Positions 1-12,000 of a stretch of 64,000 nucleotides of DNA are shown one piece after another. The notes below the pieces were generated by a model. The model did not search any database. It had not been told where the DNA came from and saw only the letters and a program-made list of their open reading frames with translations. Position numbers and translations under genes: made by a program. This DNA is from the human T2T-CHM13v2.0 reference genome, Homo sapiens, in the NCBI RefSeq assembly GCF_009914755.1, contig NC_060945.1; one strand, 5' to 3'. Positions within the stretch are counted from its first letter, which is position 1; each line of letters starts with the position of its first letter.

Positions 1-3000
1 GAATGGAGTGGAACGGAATGGAATGAGTGGAGTGGAGTGGAATGTCGTGGAGTGGAGTAGAATGGAGTGGAGTGGAATGGAATGCAACGGAATGAAGTTG
101 AGTGGAATGGAATGGAGTGGTGTGGAGTAGACTTGAGTGAAACGGAAAGGAATGGAGTAGAATGCAATGGAATGGAAAGGAATAGGTGTTGAGATTGTGC
201 CATTGCTCTACAGCCTGTGTGACAGAGGGAGAACCTGTCGAGCGAAAGGAGTGGAATGGGATGGAGTGGAGTGAAGTGGAGTGTAGTGGAGTGGAATGGA
301 GAGGAACAGAGTGGTGTGGAGGGGAATGAAGTGGAGTGGAGTGGAATGGAGTGCAGTGGAGTGGGGTGGAGTGGAATTGAGTAGAAAGGAATGGAGTGGA
401 GTGTGGTGGAATGGAGTGGAGTGGAGTTTAATGAAATGGATTGGAATGGAATGGAATGGAATGGAGTGGAGTGGAGTGGAGTGGAATGGATTGGAGTCGA
501 GTGGAGTGGAGAGCAGTGGAATGGAGTGGAATGGAATGGAATGGAATGGAATGTAGTGGAATGGAATGGAATGGAATGGAATGTAGTGGAGTGGAATGGA
601 ATGGAATGGAATGTAGTGGAATGGAATGGAATGGAATGGAATGTAGTGCAATGGAATGGAATGGAATGGAATACAATGGAGTGGAGTGGAATGGAATGGT
701 GTGGAGTGGAGCAGAAAGGAATGGAGTGGAACGGAATGAAGTGGAGTGGAGTTGAGTCGAATGGAGTGAAATGGAATGAACTGGAATGAAATGGAGAGGA
801 GTGGAATGGAATGGATAGGCGCGGATTGGAGTAGAGTAGAATAGAATGGGATGGAATGAAATGGAGTGGAGGGGAGTGGAATTTAGTGGAGTGGAGTGGA
901 ATTGAGTGGAGGGTAGTGGAGAGCAGTGGAATGGAATGGAATGGAATGGAATAGAATAGAATAAGTGCAGAGTTTGAGCCACTGCACTGCATCCTGTGTG
1001 ACAGAGGGAGATTCTGGCGAAAGAAAGAATTGGAATGGGAAGGAGTGTTGTGGATTGGAGTTCAGTGGAATGGAGTGGAATGGAGTGGAGTGGAGTGGAG
1101 TGGAATGGAGTGGAATGGAGTGGAATGGAATGGAATGGAATGGAGTGGAGTGGAATGAAACAGAATATAGTGGAATGGAGTGGAGTGGAATGTACTGGAG
1201 TGGAGTGGAATTGACTTGAGTGGAAATGATTGGAATGGAGTGGTGTGGAATGGATTGGAGTGTGGTGGAATAGAGTGGAGCGTAGTGGAGTGTAGTGGAG
1301 TTGAATGGAATGGAACGGAGTGGCGTGGAATTGAATGGAATGGAATGGAGTGGAATTTACTGGAACGGTGTGGAATGGGCTGGAGTTGAATGGAACGGAA
1401 CGGATTTTAAAGGAAAGGAATGGAGTGGAATGGAGTGTAGTGGAGTTGAGTGGAGTTGAATGGAGTGTAGTGGACTGGAGTGCAGTGGAGTCCAGTGTAA
1501 TGGAATGGAAATCTATGGACTGCAGTGGAATGAAATGCAGTGGTTTTGAGTGGAGTGTAGTGGAATAGAATGGAATGGAATGGAAAGGTGGAGTGGAGTG
1601 GAATTCAGTGGAGTGGATTGCAGTGGAATGGAACGGAATGGAATGCAATGTAGTGGAGTTGTTTAGAGTGGAGTGGATTGGAAAGGAATGGAAAGAAATG
1701 GAGTGGAATGGAGTGCAGTAGAGTTGAGAGGAGCGGAATGGATTGGAATGGAATCAGATGTAATGGAATGTGGTGGAGTTGAGTTGAGTGGAGTGGAACG
1801 GAATGGAAAGGAACAAAACATAATGGAACGGAATGGAATGTGTGCTGAGATTGTGCCACTGCGCTACAGCCTGTTTGACAGAGGGAGAGCCTGTTGAAAG
1901 AAAGGAGTGGAATGGGATTGGGTGGAGTGCGGTGGAGTGGAGTGGAGTGGAATGGAGTGGAGTGGAGTGGATTGGAGAGGAGTGGATGGAGTGGAGTGGA
2001 GTGGAATGGAATGGGGATAAGAGGAAAGGAATGTAGTGTAGTGGAATGGAAAGGCCTGAAGTGGAATGGAATGCAATGGAGTGGAATGGAATGGATTGGA
2101 GTGGAATGGAGTGGAGTGGAGTGGAATTGAGTGGAATGCAATGCAGTGGAGTGGAAGGGAATTAAATGGAATGGGGTATAATTGACTGGAATGGAGTGGA
2201 ATGGACTGGAGTGGAATGGATTAGAAAGGAGTGGACTGGAATGCAATGGAGTGGAGTGGAGAGGTGTGGAGAGGAGTGGATTGGAGTGCAATGGAGGGCA
2301 ATGGAGTGGAGTGTAGTCGAGTGGTGTGTAATGGAGTGTAGTAGAGTGGAATGGAATGGAGTGGGGTGGAGTGGAGTTGAGTGGAATGTAATATAATGGA
2401 ATGGAATAGAATAGAATGGAATGGAATGGGTGCTGCGATTGTGCCACTGCACTACAGTGTGACAGACGGAGATCCTGTCGAAAAAAAAGAGTGGAATGTG
2501 ATGGAGTGTAGCGGAGTGCAGTGAAGTGGAATGGAGTTGAGTGGAATGGATTGGAGTGGAGTGTAAAGGACTGGAGTGGAGTGGAATGGACTCGAGTGGA
2601 GTGGAGTGGACTGGAAAGAAATGGAATGGAATGAAATGGAATGGAATGCACTGGAATGGAATGGAATGGTGTGGAATGGAATGGGTGCTGAGATTGTGAC
2701 ACTGCACTGCAGCCTGTGTGACAGAGGGAGACCCTGTCGAATGAAAAGAGTGGAATGCGATGTAGTGGACTGGAGTGGATTGGAGTGGAGTGGAGTAGAA
2801 TGGAGTGGAGTGGAGTGCACTGGAGTTGAGTGGAGTAGAGTGGACTGGAATGGAATGGAATGGAGTGGAGTGTAATTGAATGAAGTGGTGTGGAAGAGAG
2901 TGGAGAGAAATGTAATGGAATGGAATGGAACTGAATGGAGAGGGGTGGAGTGGAGTGCAGTGCAATGTAATGTAATGTAATGGAATGGAATGGAAAGGAG

Positions 3001-6000
3001 TGGAGTGGAATGGAGTGCAATGGAATGGAGTGCAATGGATGAAGTGGAGTGGAGTGCAGTGGAGTGGAATGGAGTGGAATGAACTGGAATGGAATGGAGT
3101 GGAGTGGAATGGAATGGAGAGGTGTGAAGTGGAGTAGAGTGGAATGAAATGGAATGTAATAAAGTAGATTGGTGTGGAGTGGAATTGAGTGGAGTGCAGT
3201 GAAATGGAATGCAATGGAATGGAATGGAGTGGAGTTGAGTGGGGTGGAGTGGAAACGAATGGAGTGGAATGAAGTGCAGTGAAGTGGAGTGGAGCCAAAT
3301 GGAGTGGAATGGAATCCGATGTAATGGAATATAGTGGAGGGGAGTGCAGTGGAGTGGAAAGGAATGGAACGGAACAGAATGGAATGGAACGGAATGAAAT
3401 GTGTGCTGTAATCACGCCACTAAGCTACTGCCTGTGTGATAGAGGGAGATCCTGTCGAGAGAAAGGAGTATAATGGGATTGAGTGGAGTGGAGTGGAGTG
3501 GAATGGAGTGGAGAGGAGTGGAGTGATGTGGAATGGTGGGGAGTGGAGTTTAATGGATTAGAGTTGAGTGGAATGCAATGGAATGGAGAGGAGTGGAATG
3601 GGATGGAGTGGAGTGGAATGGACTGGAGCAGGGTGAAATGGACTGGAGTGGAATTGAATGGAATGGAGTGGAGTGGAATGGAAAGGAATGGAGTAGAATG
3701 GAGTGGAGTGGAGTGGAGTGCAATGGAGTGTGGTGGAATGCAATGGAGTATAGCGGAATAGAATGGAGTGGAGTGGAATTTACTGGAATGGAGTGGAATG
3801 GACTGGAGTCAACTGGAATGGAGTTGAGTGGAGTGGAATGGAGTTGAGTGGAGTGGAATGGAATGGAGTGGAGTGGAGTGGAATGGAATGGAGTGCAGTG
3901 GAGTGGAGTGGAGTGAAATGGAGTGGAGTGGAGTGCAATGGAGTGTGGTGGAATGCAATGGAGTGGAGTGGAATAGAATGGAGTGGAGTGGAATTCACTG
4001 GAATGGAGTGGAATGGACTGGAGTCGACTAGAATGGAGTTGAGTGGAATGGAATGGAGTTGAGTGGAGTGGAATGGAATGGAGTGGAGTGGAGTGGAGTG
4101 GAATGGAATAGAGTGGAGTGGAGTGGAGTGAAATGGAGTTGAATGGAATGGAATGGAATGAAATGGATACTTAGACTGTGCCACTGTGCTACAGCCTATG
4201 TGACAGTAGGGGAACCTGTCAAAAGAAAGGAGTGGAATGGGAAGGAGTGTAGTGGAGTGTTGTGGAGTGGAGTGGAGTGGAATTGGAGATTAATGTAACG
4301 GAGTGGAGTGGAATGGAATGGAATGGAGTGGAGTGGAATGGATTGGAGTGGAGTGGGGTGGAGAGCAGTGCAATGGAGTGGAGTGGAATGGAATGGAATG
4401 GAATGTAGTGGACTGGAATGGAATGGAGTTGCGTGGAGTGGAGTTCAGTGGAATTGAATGGAATGGAATGGAACTGAGTGGAATGGAATGGAATGGAATT
4501 GGTGCTGAGATTGTGCCACTGCTCTACAGCCTGTGTGATAGAGGGAGATTCTGTCGAAAGAAATAATTCTAATGGGAAGAAGTGGAGTGGATTGGAGTTG
4601 AGTGGAATGGAATGGAATTGACTGAAGTGAAATGGAATGGAATGAATGGTAAAGGAATAGAATGGAGTGGAGTGTGGTGGAATGGAATGGAGTGTAGTGA
4701 AGTGCAGTGCAGTTGAGTGGAATGGAATGGAGTGGAGTGAAATGGAGTGGAAAGGAGTTGAGTGCAATTTACTTGAAAGGAGTGGAATGGAATGGAGTGG
4801 AATGGAAACACAAGGAGTTGAATGGCGTGTAGTGGAGTGGAGTGGAGTGGAGTGGAATGGAATAGAGTGGAGTGGAGTGGAGTGAAATGGAGTGGAATGG
4901 AATGGAATGGAATGAAATGGATACTTAGATTTTGCCACTGCACTACAGCCTGTGTGACAGAGGGAGATCCTGTCAAAAGAAAGAATTGTAATAGGAAGGA
5001 GTGGAGTGGATTGGAGTTGAGTGAAATGGAGTGGAATGGAACGGAGTGGAGTGGAGTGGAGTTGAATGGAATGGGGTGGAGTGGAATGGAGTTGAGTGGA
5101 ATGGAGTGGAATGGAATCTGATGGAATGGAATGGAATGGAATGGAATGGAATGGAATGGAATGGATTATGGTGGAGTGGAGTGGATTGGAGTGGACTAGA
5201 ATGGATTGGAGTGCAATGAAATGGGATGGAATGGAATGCCATCGAGTGCAGTGGAGTGGAGTGGACTGGAGTGGCGGAGAGTGGAACGGAGTCGAGTGGA
5301 ATAGAATGGAGTGGAATAGAATGGAATGGAATGCAATGGAATGGAATGCAAAGGAATGGAATGCAATGGAATAGAATGGAATGGAATGGTGAAATGAAAT
5401 GTGAGCCGAATTTGTGCCACAGCAAGCCAGCCTGGGTGACAGAGTGAGATGCTGTTGAAAGAAAGAAATGGAATGGAATGGAGTGGAGTGGAGCGGTGTG
5501 GAGTGGAGTGGTGTGGAGTGGAATGGAATGGGATGGACTGTAATGGAATGGAGTGCAGTGGAGTGGAGTGGCAGAGAGTGGAATGGAGTCACGTGGAATG
5601 GAATGGAATGGAATGGAGTGGAATGGAGTGGAATAGAATGGAAAGGAGTGGAGTGCAGTGGAGTGGAGTGGAGTAAAGTGCAGTGGAGTGGAGTGGAGTG
5701 GAATGGAATGGAATGGATTAGTGAAATGAAATGTAAGCTGAGATTCTGCCACAGTACTCCAGAAAGGGCGACAGAGTGACATCCTGTCGAATGTAAGGAA
5801 AGTAATTGAGTGGATTGGAATGGAATGGAGTGTAGTGGAGTGGATAGGAGTGTAGTGGAGTGGAATGGAGTGGAGAGGAATGGAATGGAAGGGAGTGGAG
5901 AGGAGTGAACGGGAGTGTAGAGGAATGTAATGGGATGGAATCCAATGGAATGAAATGGAGGGGAGTGGAGTGGAGTGTTGGGGAGAGGAATGGAGTGGTA

Positions 6001-9000
6001 TGGAATTGGATGGAATTGAATGTAGTGGAGTGGAGTGGCATGGAGAGGAGTGGAGTAGACTGGAGTGGAATGGCACGAAATTGAATGGAGTGGAGCCGAG
6101 TGGAGTGGAGTGGAGTGCAGTGGAGTGGAATGGAATATAGTGGAATGGAAATGAATGGAATGGAAAGGAATGTAATGGAATAGAGATGAATGATGAAATG
6201 AAATATGAGCTGAGATTGTAACACTGCACTCCAGCCAGTGTGACAGAGTGAAATACTGTCGAAAGAAAGGAATGGAATGGACAGGTGAAGAATGGAATGG
6301 AATGGAATGGAGTGGAGTGGAGTGCATTATATTGGATTGGAGTGGAATGGAAAGGGATGGAATGGGATGGAGTGGAGTGGAGTGGAGTTGAATGGAACGG
6401 TGTTGTATGGAATGGAATGGAATGGAATTGAATGGAATGCAGTGGAGTAGAGTGGAGTGGAATTCGCAGGAGTGGAATGGAAAGGCATGGAATGGAATTG
6501 AATGCGTTGCAATGGAATGGAATGCAATGGAATGGAATGGAATGCAATGGAATGGAATGGTGAAATGAAATGTGAGCTGAGATACTACCACTGCACTCCA
6601 GCCTGGGTGACACAGTGAGATCCTCTCAAAAGAGAGGAGAGGAATGGAATGGAATGGAGTGAAATGTAATGGAATGGAATGGAATGAAATGGAATGGAAT
6701 GGAATGGCATGGAATGGAATGGAGTGGAGTGGAGTGGAATGAAATAGAATGGAGTGGAATGGAATGGGATGGAGTGGAAAGAATGGAGTGGAGGTGAGTG
6801 GAGTGGACGGGAGTGGAGTGGAGAGAAATGGAGTGAAATGGAATGGGATGGAATGGAATGGAGTGGAGTGGATTGGAGTGAAGTGGAGTGGAGTGGAGTG
6901 GAGTTGACTGGAGTGGAGTGGAATGGAGTGGAATGCAATGGAATGGAATGGTATGGAATGGAACGGGGGAGGGGAGTGGAGTGGAGTGGAGTGGAATTGA
7001 GTGTAGTGGCACGGAATGGAATGGAAAGGAAAGGAATACAATGGAATGGTGAAATGAAATGTGAGCTGAGATTGTGCCCCTGTATTCCAGCCTTTTTTGA
7101 CACAGTGATATCCCGTCGAAAGGAGGGAATGGAATGGAATGCGGTGGAATGGAATGTGATGGAATTGAATGAAATGGAATGGAATGGGGTTTAATGGAAT
7201 GGAATGGAATGGAATGGAATGGAATGGAATGGAATGGAGAAATTAAATGTGAGCTAAGATTGTGCCACTGCACTCCAGTCTGGGTGACAGAGTGAGATCC
7301 ATTTCGAAATAATGGAATGGAATGGAATGGAGTAGAGTGGAATGACTGCAGCGGCGTGGAATGGAGTGGAGTGGCGTGGAGTGAAGTTGAGTGGAGTGGA
7401 GTGGAATGGAATTTAGGGGAATGGAATGGAATGGTGAAATGAAATGTGAGCTGGGATTTTGTAATTGCACTCCATTTTGGGTGACAGAGTGAGATCCTGT
7501 CGAAAGAAAATAATGGAATGAAATGGAGTGGAAAAGAATGGAATAGAATGGAGTGGAGTGGAGTGGAGTGGAGTGGAGTGGAATGGAATTTAGGGGAATG
7601 GAATGGAATGGAAGGGTAGGGAAGGGAATGGAATGGAAGGGAAGGGAATGGGGAAATGAAATGTGAGCTGACATTGTGGCACTGCACTCCAGCCTGGGTG
7701 ACAGAGTGAGATCCTGTCGAAAGAAAATATTGGAATGGAATGGAGTGCAATGTAATGGAATAGAGTAAAGTGGAGTGGAAAGGAGTGGGATGGAATGTGA
7801 TGGAATGAAATGGAGTGGAGTGGAGTAGAGTGAAACGGAATGGAGTGGAGTGCAGTGGAGTGGAGTGGAATTCATTGGAACGGAATGGAATGGAATGGAA
7901 AGGAATGTAACAGGTGCTGAGATTGTACTACTGTGCTACAGCCTGTGTGACAGAGGCAGATCCTGTCGAAAGATAGGCGTGGAATGGGTTGGAGCAGAGT
8001 GGAGTGGAGTCGAAGGGAGTGGAGTGGAGTGGACTGGAGTGGAATGGAATGGAGTGGAGTGGAATGGAATGGACTGGAGTGGAGTGGAATGGAATGAAGT
8101 GGAGTGGAATGGACTGGAGTGGAATGGAATGGAAAGAAGTGGAATGGAATGGAGTGGAGTGGAGTGGAATGGAGTGGAATGGAGTGGAGTGGAATGGAGT
8201 GGAGTGGAGTATAGTGGAGTGGAATGGAGTGGAGAGGAGTGCAGTGGAGTGGAATGGAGTGGAGTGGAGTGGTGTGGAGTGGAATGGAGTGGAGTGGAAT
8301 GGAATGGAATGCAATGCAATGCAGTGGAGTGGAGTGGAATGGAGTGGCGTGGAATGTAATGGAGTGGAGTGGAATGGAATGGACTGGAGTGGAGTGGAAT
8401 GGAATGGAGTGGAGTCGAATGGAATGGAGTGGAGTGGAATGGACTGGAGTGGAATGGAATGGAATGGAGTGAACGGAATGGAGTGGAGTGAAGTGGAGTG
8501 GAATGGATTGGAATGGAATGGAATGGAATGGAATTAAGTGGAGTGGAGCAGAGTGGAGTGGAAAGGAATGGAATGGAGTGGAATGGAGTGCAGTGAAGTG
8601 GAGAGAAGTGCAATGTAGTGAAATGGAATCGGATGTAATGGAATGTAGTACTGTGGAATGGAGTGAAGTGGAGCGAAATGGAATGGAACGGGACAGAACG
8701 GAATGGAACGGAACGGAATGGGTGCTGAGATTGTGCCACTGCACTACAGCCTGTGTGAAAGAGATACTTTAGAAAGAAAGGAGTGGAATGGGATAGAGGG
8801 GAGTGGAGTTTAGTGGAGGGGAATGGAGTGGAGTGGAATGGAGTGGAATGGAGTGGAGTGGAGTGAAATGGAGTGGAGTGGAGTGAAATGGAGTGAAGTG
8901 GAGTGGAATGGAGTGGAGTGGAATGGAGTGGAGTGGAGTGGAATTCAGTGGAATGGAGTGGAGTAGAATGGAATGCAATGGGATGGAATGGAATGGAATG

Positions 9001-12000
9001 GAATGGAGTCGTCTGGATTGGTGTGGAGTGGAGTGAAGTGGATTGAAGTGGAATGGAGCGGAATGGAATGGGATGGAATGGAATGGAATGAAGTGGAGTG
9101 GAGTGGGGCGGAGTGGAGTGCAGTGGAATGGAGCGGAATGGAATGGGACGGAGTGGAGAGGAGTGGAGCGCAGTAGAGTGAATAGGAGTGGAATGGAGTG
9201 GAATGGAAACGAATGTAATGGAATGTAGTGGAGTGGAGTGGAACGGAGTGGGATGGAATTGAATTGAATGGAATGGAATGGAATGGAATGGAATGCACTG
9301 GAATGCAATGGAATAGAATGCAATGAAATGGAAAGTTGACATGCAATGTGAGCTGAGATTGTGCCACTGTACTCCAGCCTCAGTGACACAATGATACCCT
9401 GTCAAAAGAAAGGAATGGAATGCAATGGAGTGAAATGGAATGTAATGGAGTGGAGTGGAGTGGAGTGGATTCGAGTGGAATGGAGTCGAATGGAATGGGA
9501 TGGAGTGGAATGGAGTGGAGTGGAGTGGAGTGGAGTGGAGTGAAATAGAGTGGAATGGAGTGGGATAGAATGGAATACAGTGGAATGGTGAAAAGAAATG
9601 TGAGCTGAGATTGTGCCACTGCACTCCAGTCTTTGTGACAGAGTGAGATCTTGTGGAAAAAAAGGAATAGAATGGAATAAAGAGGAATGGAATGGAAGGG
9701 AATGGAATGGAATGGAAGGGAGTGGATTGGAGTCGAGTGGAATGGAGTGGAATGGAATGTGATGGAATGGAATGGCAAGGATTATGGTGGAGTGGAGTGG
9801 ATTGGAGTGGAGTAGAGTGGAATGGAGTGGAATGAAATGGGATGGAATGGAATGCCATCGAGTGCAGTGGAGTGGAGAGGACTGGAGTGGCGGAGAGTGG
9901 AATGGAGTCGAGTGGAATAGAATGGAGTGGAATAGAATGGAATGGAATGCAATGGAATGGAATGCAAAGGAATGGAATGCAATGGAATAGAATGGAATAG
10001 AATGGAATAGAATGGTGAAATGAAATGTGAGCTGAATTTGTGCCACTGCACGCCAGCCTGGGTGACAGAGTGAGATGCTGTCGATAAAAGAAATGGAATG
10101 GAATGGAGTGGAGTGGAGCGGTGTGGAGTGGAGTGGTGTGGAGTGGAATGGAATGGGATGGACTGTAATGGAATGGAATGCAGTGGAGTGGCAGAGAGTG
10201 GAATGGAGTCGAGTGGAATGGAATGGAATGGAATGGAATGGAATGGAGTGGAATGGAGTGGAATGGAATGGAAATGAGTGGAGTAGAGTGGATTGCAGTG
10301 GAGTGGAGTGGAGTGTAATGGAATGGAATGGAATGGATTAGCGAAATGAAATGTAAGCTGAGATTCTGCCACTGTACTCCAGAATGGGTGACAGAGTGAC
10401 ATCCTGCCGAATTTAAGGAATGGAATGGAGTGGAGTGGAATGGAATGGAATGTAGTGGAGTGGATAGGAGTGGAATGGAGTGGAGAGGAATGGAATGGAA
10501 GGGAGTGGAGAGGAGTGGATGGGAGTGGAGTGGAATGGAATGGAATGGGATGAAATCCAATGGAATGAAATGGAGGGGAGTGGAGTGTTGGGGTGGAGTG
10601 GAATGGTATGGAATTGGATGGAATAGAATATAGTGGAGTGGAGTGGGATGGGGAGGAGTGGAGTAGAGTGGAGTGGAATGGAACGAAATTGAATGGAGTG
10701 GAGATGAGTGGAGTGGAGTGGAGTGGAGTGCAGTGGAGTGGAATGGAATATAGTGGAATGGAAATGAATGGAATGGAAAGGAATGTAACGGAATAGAATA
10801 GAATGATGAAATGAAATATGAACTGAGATTGTAACACTGCACTCCAGCTAGTGTGACAGAGTGAAATATTGTCGAAAGAAAGGAATGGAATGGACAGGTG
10901 TAGAATGGAATGGAATGGAGTGGAGTGGAGTGGATTATAGTGGAATGGAGTGGAATGGAATGGGATGGAATGTGATGGAATGGGATGGAGTGGAGTGGAA
11001 TGGAACGGTATGGTATGGTATGGAATGGAACGGAATGGAATGGAATGGAATGGAATGGAATGGAATGGAATGGAATGCAGTGGAGTGGAGTGGAGTGGAG
11101 TGGAGTTCGCAGGAGTTGAATGGAATGGGACGGAATGGAATTGAATGCATTGCAATGGAATGGAATGGAATGGAATGCAATGGAATGGAATGGAATGCAA
11201 TGGAATGGAATGGAATGGAATGCAATGGAATGGAATGGAATGGAATGGAATGGAATGGAATGGAATGGAATGGAATGGAATGGTGAAATGAAATGTGATC
11301 TGAGATACTGCCACTGCACTCCAGCCTGGGTGACAGAGTGAGATCCTCTCGAAAGAGAGGAATGGAATGGAATGGAGTGAAATGGAATGGAATGGAATGA
11401 AATGGAATGGAGTGGAGTGCAGTGGAGTGGAATGGAATAGAAAGGAGTGGAATGGAATGGGATGGAGTGGAAGTAATGGAGTGGAGGTGAGTAGAGTGGA
11501 GTGGATGGGAGTGGAGTGGAGAGAAATGGAGTGAAATGGAATGGGATGGAATGGAATGGAGTGGAGTGGATTGGAGTGAAGTGGAGTGGAGTGGAGTTGA
11601 TTGGAGTGGAGTGGAATGGAGTGGAATGCAATGGAATGGAATGGTATGGAATGGAATGGGGGAGGGGAAGGGAGTGGAGTGGAGTGGAATTGAGTGTAGT
11701 GGCACGGAATGGAATGGAAAGGAAAGGAATACAATGGAATGGTGAAATGAAATGTGAGCTGAGATTGTGCCCCTGTATTCCAGCCTTTTTTGAAACAGTG
11801 ATATCCCGTCGAAAGGAGGGATTGGAATGGAATGGGGTGGAATGGAATGGAATGCAATGGAATGGGGTTTCATGGAATGGAATGGAATGGAATGGAATGG
11901 AATGGAATGGAATGGAGACATTAAATGTGATCTAAGTTTGTGCCACTGCACTCCAGTCTGGGTTACAGAGTGAGATCCATTTCGAAATAAAGGAATGGAA

